Source of the DNA: Paramecium tetraurelia
Taxonomy: Eukaryota
Length of the DNA: 64,000 nt
Reading direction: 5' to 3'
Assembly (NCBI GenBank): GCA_000165425.1
Contig: CT867999.1
Span: 124,001 to 188,000, forward strand
A program made the position numbers and the translations under genes. Below, one piece after another: positions 1 to 11,125 of this stretch; position 1 is the stretch's first letter; the number at the start of each line of letters is the position of its first letter. The notes beneath the pieces are model-generated. The model searched no databases. It was not told the DNA's origin and saw only the letters and a list, made by a program, of their open reading frames with translations.

Positions 1-353
1 ATCCCATTAATATACTCGTTGTTAATCTTATGGTTGCTATAATTATCCATAGTTAGTGTCTTAATATATAATTCTACAATTAAATACTTCTCAAAATCTC
101 AGTATATTTCTTAGATAGATCATATTTTTAAATTACTCATTTAGAAGTAAACTACAAAATTAGTCAAATTACCCTTTAATTTTTCATAATCTTTTTAGTT
201 TTTGTTAGCAGAATACATAAATTTTTAAGATTTCCATTCTACATTAGATAAGGTATATTTTTCACCTAAGTAATTTCGCTTTCTTTATATATTCTACAAA
301 AATTGTATTTTAATAATATTGTACTATCAATAATCAACTATAATAACTCATAT

Positions 354-1558
354 ATGTCTAAACTAAATTAGTTTGTTTAAATACTATATCCTATCAAAAT
401 ATGTATAGGAATTCCTTACTCAAAGTTTTCAAAAACAAGAGAAGATTTAACAAGGGAATTCCTTGGAGATAAAACTCATTTAATTATTTATTAAATATGG
501 ATGTCTTTTAAGCTTTAAATTGGAAATAAGTTAGAAATAAGTAGAACAAAAGATAATTTAAACTTTAAATATTGGGTAGAGCCCAATTAAAAAGGGAAGA
601 ATAAAAGCAAGACTCTGTTTAGTATTTTACGATTAAGGATTATAATTTATAACCAAATATTCAAAGATATACACCACAAGGATGCTTGCAATTCTAAAGC
701 AAAAGCAATAATAAAAGTTTGATAGATACGTCAGTTCACTTTGCAAGTGATAATGAACAATCTAGAACACGAACTCCTGATATTCGAGTCTTGAAGAGGA
801 AGCAGAACGGGAAGGTTATATTTTAGACAATTCCAAAGATGAGATTTCCATAATAGCAGATCACATGTAAAATTGATTAAAACCTTGTAATTTAAAAATT
901 GCAATTATAAACTCAATAAACTGTGAGGGTATTTGATATATGAATATAAGAAGGGTTTGTTCTTTTCAGAGAGAAATGGCAAAAGAAAGTGATTTGTTAA
1001 TAATAAATTTTATGGGTTTTAATATAATTATAAATTGTAATGTAAGACTTGGAGGAACTCTTGAAAAAGCCTGAAATTTATGAAAATTTGTCTCTATTTA
1101 AGGAATTCTTGAAGGGAGTCAAGAAGTTATGTGATCAATTTGAGGAGAAAATTAAAATGATTCCTAAATAAGAAATTTAAGAGGATTTGGCAATTAGAAA
1201 GAAAATCGATAAGCAAATGTTGAAAAGGAAAAAAAAGAGAGATCAATAAAGCTAATCAGATACTCCAATCAAAGCATCCAAAAGTATATATACTGATTTA
1301 TGAAAGAATAGAGATAGTAAGCAATTGATGTCGATTAATTGGAAAAACTAAATGTAAGGCAGATATATAAATTTAATTTAGCTTAAAGATGGGTCTATGG
1401 TGGAAATCTAGGAACTAAATCAATCGTTTGAATTTCAAATGAACTCAAAAAAGTAGTCCAAAAGAATAAATTAAGATGTGAAAAGAGAAGAAGAAGATCC
1501 AAAAGGAATATAGGAGGAAGATTCCTTCGGTGGGAATATAGTATAAGAATATTAATGA
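354..1558 (+). CDS. Hypothetical protein, multi-exon; start uncertain
   Basis: Long TGA-free frames in ciliate code, putative tiny introns near 930-955, 996-1026 and 1353-1381, ends ...GGNIVQEYQ-TGA. Confidence 0.5.
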
Positions 1559-1615
1559 AATTAACAATAGGGATTATCAATTTTAAATTAATCATATAAA
1601 TATTTATTCCTGTAT

Positions 1616-3142
1616 TCATTTTGGCTGAAGTCTATTTAAAAATATCGACTATCTGATGACAGGTTAAAGCTCTTGATTGACTGATCTCGGGCTTTGGATA
1701 TCATTCTTATCCTGATTGGCAATTATTTCATCTAAAGCAACTCTAACTTGAAATTAATTTTTAGCAGGATCAAATTTTCGTATCGATCCCTGGATGTCTT
1801 CAACTTACCTTGTTAACCGTAAAGGATTAGATAGGACTTCAGTAATATCTAAGAGTCGTTCTACTTTTTTTAAATAGTTAAAATAGGTAGATCTAGCTCG
1901 AGAATATCTTATAAGGTCTCTTATTCTTAACTTTGCAAATTTGGTTTGCGTATCTTTCTATTCTAGGTTTTCTAAGGTGGTGAATGTTTACTATTGATTA
2001 ATAAGACTATTGATTAGATAGAGTCGATAGACGATCACTTAGGCTGGGTAGAGCAGTAGATAAAAGAGAGCTTTGAGAATTGTGAAGAAGCCTCCAATTT
2101 TGGCAGCAACATCCATAAGAGTTTGATAGGTCACATAATTAAGTTTTTTCTTAAAATTCAGGGTGATTTCAATTTATGCAAAAGTATTATCTAAATTATA
2201 ATCTAAAAATGTGTCAATTGTCGTTTATTAATACTCGACAGCATCTTAGTCAATGGTGGAAGGAAAGAAATAAAAGGGGTTATACTCTGAAGTAGTAACT
2301 GAGTATTGATAAAAGACTTTGATATATTTACGTATATTGGGGTAGCAAGGAGTCACATCCAAATTTTGCACTTTTTCATACGGATATAGATCCAATTCCT
2401 TATTGAATTGGTAGAAGGAGTATGAATAAAAAAGGTTGGCATTTGACAAGGATTTCGTGATTTCTTCTTCTGGTGCACAATCTATCTTAAATTTCAAATA
2501 TAAAACTTTGTGTTTCTGTTGAGTTGGTACACTTTTGAATGTAGGCACCCAGAAGGGTGAGATTATCCATTCTTTGGGATCCTTAAAACCTTATGTCTTG
2601 GTGAGTCTATGCAAAATGATCATCTGGACAATAGGTTATGTATTGGTAGTCTTCAGGAACATTCATTTGCTAATGGGTAGTTAATTGAATACTTTGGCTG
2701 CTTCAGATATGCGACTGCCACAAATCACAGCAGGGAAGACCTCACATGCAGTTTCTAATAAGGATTTTTTGCAGTAATAAAAACTCACCTAAAAGATGCG
2801 GTTGTTTTCGTTAGGAATGTATTAACCTAAGCTATCAACCATTCCGATGGCGTAGATGAATTATGACGAATTAAAACTAAACCCCTAAAATTGTTTTAAA
2901 AATGTGGTTACTTCGTTTTGAAGTAGTGGAGACTCTTTTTAATTAAGAATCGCGTTTTTCCCCTTATTCATTTCCAGGATGAAGGAGTTACATGAATAGG
3001 CAAGCAGACTGAATAGAAATAGGGTCATAAATGCTCCGAGATTTGTTCGGTATGCTTATTAGCCATGAGCTAATAATCTCACATCCATTCCAAATAGATC
3101 TAGTCTTCTGAATTGAGAGAAATTTTGCTTGATGGAAATCAT
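1616..3142 (-). CDS. Ciliate two-TM membrane protein with a large extracellular loop
   Basis: N-terminus MISIKQNFSQFRRLDLFGMDVRLL..YRTNLGAFMTLFLFSLLA (TM1); later YQTLMDVAAKIGGFFTILKALFYLLLYP (TM2). These motifs typify an expanded ciliate family. Confidence 0.7.
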
Positions 3143-3297
3143 GGGATTTAGTTTTTGAATATTATGTTATATATTAATACTTGATGAAATGTTATTTATA
3201 ACTTTGAATAGCATTTACTTTAAAATGCTTATCCTATTAAATGAAAAATCAATTAAATTCGATAAAATGTTATATTGTTATTATTTTACTTGCATAA

Positions 3298-4271
3298 TCA
3301 TTTCAGAAGGGATTTCTTCAATTACTAGATAGCTTCGTAGTCTTGCGGACAGTTGCCATTTGTGAACTTGAATCTCGAATTGCTGTCCCCATCCACTTGC
3401 GTTAAGAGATGAATAATACTGTTTTGTATGATTGCTTCCAAACGCTTCTCGATATCAAGAGACTTTTAGGATACAGGGATTTCGATTGGTAGTGTGTCTT
3501 CAACGATCTGCTGTTGTTGCGCAGGTTGGGGCTGCTCTGGGATGCGATCTACAATGTTATCTTCAATCATCCGATCAAGAATGTTTTGAGTGTTGAGGAA
3601 GACAGATTTTTAGAGAGCATTTTTGTAGTTGATTTTGGAATAGAATTTTTTGAAATTGTCTTACGCTATTTTTTGGGAGTAAGAAAAGAGCCATTTAGAA
3701 TTGTTCATCTCTTCCTGGCATAGAATAGAGGCATACTTTTTTAATGACTTGAGTGGACTCCTTATCTTTTGGGTGTTGGTGCAAATAAACACAGTCTTTT
3801 ATCTTACATTACTATCCTTTAAGGAAGTTGGTGCAATATTTGGTTGTACCAAAAGATGCCTTCACATATCTGTCATGCAGTGGAAATCTTTCGCATGCCA
3901 TAAATTTTAAATATGATGTATACTAAAATTGCCATCGATGCTTCCTGTTCATTTCTGTATGTAATGTAGGCAGCATGGGAAGGGGGATTAAAAGTGTTGC
4001 TCTAAATTACTATTAATTTTTGGATTTAACCATACTGTCCAAAATACTCTGGTTTCTTCAGTAGCTTTTGACTTAATGAAATGTTTGATACTTCCTCCTT
4101 TGCTATGCTGGGTGCCAAGCCAATCACATAGATCAGGTTTTTGCATATAATTCTAATTTCAGCCAACAAGGTTTTATTCTAAAGACTTATCTCCCTAAAG
4201 CTGTACAGAAACCTGGGAGATTCTTGCTGATCATCGCTGTAGTATTCGTCAGAGTTGTCTGAATTTTACAT
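3298..4271 (-). CDS. NOT4: Not4/CNOT4-like RRM + C3H1 zinc-finger protein lacking the N-terminal RING
   Basis: KNLIYVIGLAPSIAKEE/LLKKPEYFGQYGQIQK..AYITY..ASFGTTKYCTNFLKGQQCKIKDCVYLH matches the Not4 RRM and C3H1 signature. Confidence 0.85.
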
Positions 4272-4307
4272 TTAATTATTTATTATTATCTATATAATCT
4301 ATATATA

Positions 4308-5104
4308 TCAATGATCTTGAGCTGCTAAAATTTTATTCAGAGTCTCCTCCAACACACTGAGGACATCATTCTCAGTGACCTCTCTCTGCCCTTTCTCCTC
4401 GTCTATCTCTTTCTTAATTCTATTGACCACGTCCTTCAACATCTCAAACAGACTCTGCTCTCCCTATTGTCTGCTCACCTTCTCCTGTTAAATAATCTGG
4501 GACAGCCTCTGCAATTCCTCAGTCAATCTTGTATTGATGTTTCTATCCATCTCATCCCTTTCCTTTATATTCTACTGCAACATCTCCTGCAACTGTGGCA
4601 AATCACTCTTTAATAGTTATTCAGCATTCTACCTCTAAACAATCATTTATCTCCTTGATTGATTGATTCCTCTCACTCTTCTCCTGACTGATCTGCTCTC
4701 TCAATTCCTGGATATCCTTCTCAACCTATTCATTGAACTTCTATTAACTTTCCTCTCTCTACTTGCTCAACTCCTCCAACTTTTCATTTACACTCTCCTC
4801 CGCCTTCTTCATATCCTCAACCATCTATTATTCATCCATGCCTGCTTTGGTTCTTATTCGCTCAACACCTATTCCACATATTCCAAGCCCTCCTTTATTT
4901 TGGAGATCTTCCCTTCCAAAGTCTCCCTAAGATCCTTTATGGCTGTTTCCAAGATCTCCACTCTCTCTTCTGCCTCCTTTATTCTCGAAGTCTTCGATCA
5001 AACTAAACACCACATACTTGATCTTTGTGTCCCAATGTTAACTCGCTCAACTGTCCGACAATCTTCTCTGCTCTGCTTCTTGTAGGTGAGTAGGGTCTGC
5101 TCAT
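4308..5104 (-). CDS. SF-assemblin/beta-giardin family striated-fibre coiled-coil protein; 1-nt frameshift near 4850
   Basis: Short SP-containing head MSRPYSPTRSR, coiled coil ending EMLKDVVNRIKKEIDEEKGQREVTENDVLSVLEETLNKILAAQDH-TGA; two tiny introns. Confidence 0.75.
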
Positions 5105-5309
5105 GAATAAATTTTATTTTAATTAATAATAATTATCATTTCAACCCATATATAATCAATCGATCCTATTGCAATTTCATCCAATCACACATGGTTCCCT
5201 CAAGTTCACTCTACACAATGTGCATATCTCATTTTTATAAGACACCCTATATGAGAGTAGATGCTCAGAAACCAATATTCATTATATAATTAATATAAAT
5301 ATTTTAAAT

Positions 5310-6972
5310 TCATATTTAAATTGAAATTCCTAATTTTTTGAGATCTTCTATCTTCTTTTTCACTCTAAATTAATTGATGAGATTCTGACCCAAATATACA
5401 GTTTTGATGTGAATTTGAATCTGCTTTTGTATAGCATTCATTATCATATCCAAAAACTTTTCCGTAATTACATTAGATTATAAGTATAACACTTAACAAT
5501 GCAATTCCATCAATTTAATAGCACCAACATCACTTATCCGATTTCTCATCAATTTCACTATCTTCACCTTCTTGTTCCTTATCTACTCTTCTAATATCAG
5601 AATTCCGTCGTCTCCAAGATCTATACGAATATTTCACATACTAATACCTTGTTGTGATAAATCCAGATAATCGCCATTACAGTTGAATAAAATGGATTCC
5701 ACCTTGGTGTTTAACTTTTTCTTAGCTGCCGGTTTCTTGGGAGAAGCAGATTGTTGTCTACTTTATACCTTGGGCGAAACTAAAGCGAATTATTGCGACG
5801 CCCTTTTTTAATGCGGCTATTGTGGACTTATGGCATTCTAAGAGATATTGTTGGAAGAAGGTTGAGACTGACAAGTAGATTCTGGCAGAGACGATCCTAG
5901 GAATTCATTGTGAGGTGGCTTTTCATCGATTTCTTTTAGGAAACTCTACTCTATTATAGATAGATCTTTGAGTATATTAGGCTCATCGAAATAGGTTTAT
6001 TCATATTGATTGGCACAGGGTATAGCAGAGACAATGTCTTGAAGATTGTTTTGGAATTTGAGTAGATACTCATCGATTTCTTCAAGGATTTGTTTACCTT
6101 GTTTATTTGAAGAGTCTTGGAGCAGCAAAGTGTAGGGAATATCTCCTTTTACTTTGGTTGATTGATATTCTTGGATTTTTTGATTGGAACTAGTTTGTAA
6201 TTGAGAATAAATACCCAAGTATCCATAAATCAGCTTTATCAAGAATGGAAGTAATAGTAAGAATCTCCTTTTTGAAAAATTGATCTTCTAACAGCTTATA
6301 CTTCTATTCGATCTCTTCTAGTACTTTCTGCTATTTGGCGAGTATTTAATTGATGATTTCCTCAGAATTATTGGTGTAAGATACTTTGAATTGTTCTTCA
6401 GCAAGAGTTTATTATTATTTTATACAAAGTCCAATTTAGTCGTGTATCTTCTTGTTGATGAGGGGCAACTTGAGTAATTTGAGTTTGTCTTGTATGGTGT
6501 GAGTCAACTGCTGAGTGTATTGGAGGTTTTCGTGTATGGATTTATCCAGAGACTGAAGAATCAATAATTATGTGTACTTCAGCATTTTGAATGTTATGTT
6601 GCTTGTGCAAACCGAACAAGGCACAATTTGAACAAATTCTGCACTTGTCATCTATACAAATAAGCTCAAGCAGTTTGTGGTGTTGGGGACACTATTGCAA
6701 TTTGTCTTGGTTCTATGCCAAATCGTTATCCTGGCTTTTGCAGATGATTCTCAAAACAGCTTGGTTAATTGGATAGAGTGAGAGATCTGCAGGTTAGAGC
6801 AATCTGGTAAATTGAGATATGGTACCCATCTTCTGGACAGATGATCTTACACGACTCCTTGAGACACTGCATGCACATCGAATGCCCACATTTTTGGCAA
6901 CATTTGAGGTGTTCGAGTGTATCTATCGAAATTCATTTAACATTTCGGACAATGGAGTAATTCTTAACTCAT
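5310..6972 (-). CDS. RING + B-box + coiled-coil + C-terminal LRR protein (TRIM-like E3 ligase); +1 frameshift inside the RING
   Basis: CPKC..PQMLPK/CGHSMCMQC..ICPED (RING-HC); CPQHHKLLELICIDDKCRICSNCALFGLHKQH (B-box); LRR-type segments near 5330-5690 (LDLSQQ..GDDG, VKLMRNRISDVGA). Confidence 0.75.
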
Positions 6973-7013
6973 TAATTTTATTATATATATATTTGAATTT
7001 AACTGAAAAATCT

Positions 7014-9289
7014 ATGGAAAACATACAAGTCGCAGTCCGTATACGTCCTGATCCAGAACCATCCATCTGGGCAATCCACGATCAACACATCTTCCTCAAC
7101 AATCAAATGAGAAAGCCTCCCAATGGATAAGGTCGCACAACCTTCGCCTTCGATCACTGCTTCAGTCAAGACAGCAAAAATGCCGACATCTACTCCAAAG
7201 AGGTCAAATCATTGGTGCTTGGATCTACTAATGGTATCAACGGCACCATTTTCCTATATGGTCAAACAGGCAGTGGCAAGACCTTCACGATGTTGGGTAA
7301 GGAAAATGATGAAGGAGTCTTATTGCAGAGTTTTAAGGATTTATTTGCTAAAATCGAGGCTGATCTCAATAAGACTTACGTGTTGCGTTGTTCCTATTTT
7401 GAAATATACAATGAACAAATATTTGATCTCCTAAAACCATCCTCCAAATTATAAGAAACCTTACAAGTCAACGAAGATCAAAAGAAGGAATTCTATGTGA
7501 AAGGACTCATTGAATAATCAGTATCATCCATCAACGAAATATTCGAGGTACTTAAAAGAGGTGAAATCAATCGACACTATGCTCAAACTGCCATGAATCA
7601 TAACAGTTCCAGATCTCACGCTATATTTCGATTATAAGTACAATCAATTACCAACAATTTTATTCGACAATATAGAAGGGAGTAATCCTAACATAAATTC
7701 CCAACACTAGAATAATTAGAAGCTGAAAACAATCAACTCAAAGGAGCTATGGTAACTGAAAGTGTTCTCAACTTTGTTGATCTAGCTGGATCTGAAAAAG
7801 TATCCAATCATTTTGAAGATGCTGAAATCTAAGACACCAATCGAAGAGTTAAAGAGGGTCAATACATCAATAAGAGTCTATTCTTTCTGACCTAAGTCAT
7901 CTATTTAAAGGCTGAGGATAAGGGTCATGTACCATTCAGAAATTCATCTCTAACCAAGATTCTTAAATCTAGTTTGGATGGATCATCAAGAACATTGATC
8001 ATATTATGCATCAATGCTGCTGCTCTGCATTTTGATTACTCCATTTCCACATTAAGATTTGGGATGAATGCTAAAAAGATTGAAACTAAAGTGCTAGCCA
8101 ACATCAATTATCAAAATGATGATGAAGCATTAAAAATTCTGCTGTCTGATTATGAGAAGAAATTGCATGACTTCGAAAAAATTAGAGTTGAGGAGAAGGA
8201 AGGATTTGAATAATAGCTAAACCAATTATAGATCGAAAATTAATCATTGCAAAATAGAATTAGCACTTAAAATGCTGAGAATTTCAAATGCATTCCTAAA
8301 CTATACAAAGAACCTACTTGGGCAGATCGATTCAAGCATGACTTCCATTGTGATGGTGCAGGAGACATTCTTGTTACTAATACGAAAGTGAAAAAACCAC
8401 CTTAGCATGATTGTTAAGGCAAATTAGTTTTGAATGCTTTGAAGGCAAGTGAATAAAATAGAAAGACACTATTATCTAATTATGAAGTAGTAAAAAAATA
8501 ATATCTCCAATTAAATGAGTACTATAATTAAAGCACACTTAGATTGTAATAATAAAATGAGCAAATCCAATGTCTAAATCTTTAGTATAATAAATTATAT
8601 AGTTATGCATCAGAAATGAAATAATAGTTAAATTTTGATGTTAAGTAACTTGAAAATCAAGAATTAGAATAAATGATTTCGTTTTATTAAAGTTAGTTAT
8701 TGAAGTTGTAAATTGAATAGCAAGCGAGAGGATAGTCTATGGATTAGAAAAAGTAGTATGACGTTGAACAATTCAGATTGGTTGACCAAAAGGAAGATGT
8801 AGTGGATGTGCAGTAATATCAACAAATAGATTTGGATGAAATCATGCAAAGTAATATGGTAAATGTAGAGATGGTCAAGGAGAAGGAGGAAGATCATCAG
8901 AATCAGAGTGTTGAATCAGAAGAATTCTTTAAAATAGAGTTTCCAACGTACTTGCACCATTCAAATAATTTTACAAAACAAACTATGAATGAAACTGCTT
9001 CTCAATTGACTGTTTAGGACTTGAGTGAAATTAATTTCAAGAATGTCTTGTAAAGTTTCATTAGTGAAATGGATGTTCTACAACCATCTGTGTCCACTCA
9101 TCACAAAAACAATAGTACGTCTTGCAATAAGAAATAAACAGCGAAATACAAGACGCCTGATAAATTGAAAAAGTAGAGCACAAGTCAAACCACGATTAGG
9201 GGAAAATAGAATATTGAACCGACTCGTTAGAGTTTTAACAATATTCCGAAACCAAAGGTAAGGCCAAGACAAAATGGGAATGCAAATGA
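7014..9289 (+). CDS. Kinesin, probably kinesin-7/CENP-E-like; 3' end uncertain
   Basis: MENIQVAVRIRP, FAFDHCF, P-loop YGQTGSGKTFTM, MNHNSSRSH, FVDLAGSE, HVPFRNSSLTKIL, followed by coiled coil. Confidence 0.9.
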
Positions 9290-9359
9290 AGAGTTGTCTA
9301 TGTTGCTGAACAATACTGAAATGAGTAAAAATTGAATTATTTTTAATTATCATTTATTT

Positions 9360-9618
9360 ATGGAAGAGGCACGTGATTTTTCTCATGTTGGTTAAAAGAT
9401 ACTAACCATCGATAAGTTATGTTATAAGAAGTGTCTGAAGAATTATGAGAGAGCCATGAACGTTAAAGAGGAAGCCTGCTTGAGTATTAAAAATATTGAT
9501 CATAGAAAATTGTTTAGCCAAGGTAATCAATGGAATAGACTTTCTGCATAGTATCAACAACAAAGGAGGTTTGGATAGAGCACCATTTAAAACTGAAAGT
9601 GGATTCTGGTCAAAGTGA
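9360..9618 (+). CDS. Small Tim (Tim8/9/10/13 family) twin-CX3C mitochondrial intermembrane-space chaperone
   Basis: CYKKC...EEACLKNCLAK after removing the 22-nt intron at 9484-9505; about 78 aa. Confidence 0.8.
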
Positions 9619-9647
9619 GAGATTATTTTAATATTTATTACTAAAAT

Positions 9648-10336
9648 ATGACAGATTAGCCATACTTAAGTCTCTCTAAAACAAAGAGTTCTCACTCCCA
9701 TCACGGTTATCATAAGAAGCTGATATTACAGCTTGAGGAGGAAGACTAATAACATATCCCCATGTTTCGTCAAAATACTAGCAAGAGTAGACATCTCGAT
9801 AAGGGAACTCTCTCAAAATCGAAAATATAGAATATTGCATAATTGTAGGAGATGTTCAAGCAATTCAAGCATTTCAAATGTTCGCTTCAATCTTAGACTC
9901 CAGCGATTCAAATGATGAAATCTAGTCAGATCTCTAAGAAACCTCAATCGCAATCGAAAAGCACGATTGATGCTAAGGAAGTTTCATTTGAGGATAAACA
10001 GAAGGTGATGATTTAAGCTCGCAAAACGATGTACAGAATAGTGATGGATAATAAGTTGCGGAGTCAATCAATCAAAGATTATGGATTTAATTTGAGACCA
10101 CTGTTCAACAAAGTCATAGAAAAAAACGACAGTGTTTTGGAATAGAAGAGTATTGGTTTTATAACTAGCTAGTTCAGGAACACAGATTGGAAAAGAGGAA
10201 ATCTGACCTATTTTCACGCAGTCCATTCTCAAATGCCTACTATGCAACCAAGGCTCTTTCTAAGAGATCTCGCATGAATGTTTACGAGCGTCTAGCACAA
10301 AATCTGCCTGCTGATTCACGATTCCACTACGAATGA
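9648..10336 (+). CDS. Hypothetical protein
   Basis: ATG-to-TGA frame in ciliate code, ends ADSRFHYE-TGA. Confidence 0.6.
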
Positions 10337-10360
10337 TATTAATATTAAAAAAGATTTAAA

Positions 10361-11058
10361 ATGACCAACGCACAAGAGCGTATGTAGTAAGACTACATTT
10401 GGATCCGTGATTAATCCACTGGTGACGCTGATGTGAAGATGCGCACATTCGGACAACACTATCTCTATTATCATGCTCCAAACAAGAGAGAGAGATTGGA
10501 GATGATTTGGAGATCCATGGGAAAAGCCTATGATTGGGAAATGGAGAAATTCAGAGTGAGTCTATCATTAATATCTTATCCTAGATGCAAAAGAAGTTTA
10601 TTGATAGAGGCAACAAGAGGAGATTCTTCAAGAATTTCTTCCGAACTCATCAAAAATCCCATGGGCTACATCTATTGGAAGACATATCGCATCAGACAAC
10701 CCAAAAGGACGTATCATCACAACTATGCTTGGCTTGGGGGTGATAGGCACTCTCTATAAATACAAATTAGAATCAAGTAATCTGAGCATCACAATAATAA
10801 TTAGATCAAATTTAAAAAAGAGAGTATTATCTCTTGACAGCTGGTAAAAACTCTGAAGGAAGTGGTCTTATTAATACAGGATACAATAACGACAAGTAAT
10901 TATTGCCTTGAATTTCAAGATTGGCTCGTCAAGGAATGCCATTGACCCAAATGTTTTACTCTTACCTTCATGCCAAAGACATTGTCGTGTCAAGATCAAG
11001 AGACTAAAATTACAGAAAGTACTTCGAAATGAGAAAGAAGTACTAAATCAAAGAGTGA
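10361..11058 (+). CDS. Mitochondrial ATP synthase subunit f, ciliate type; two +1 frameshifts
   Basis: PNKRERLEMIWRSMGKAYDWEMEKFR..DRGNKRRFFKNFFR.IKNPMGYIYWKTY..QNYRKYFEMRKK closely matches my recollection of Tetrahymena subunit f; three tiny introns. Confidence 0.75.
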
Positions 11059-11125
11059 TCTTAATATGTATCAACGTAAACATTATCACAAAACAAAATT
11101 TCACACTATATTTATAGTAAATCCA

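Noticed and set aside
1..300. Possible minus-strand gene start running off the window
   Set aside because: Frames ambiguous and no recognisable motif
4663..5085. 140-aa Leu-rich plus-strand ORF in the track
   Set aside because: Antisense shadow of the Glu/Lys-rich SF-assemblin gene
5131..5150. tcatttcaaccc resembling a ciliate telomerase RNA template region
   Set aside because: Only three C's and no upstream UGUCA; explained equally well as a minus-strand GGG TTG AAA TGA
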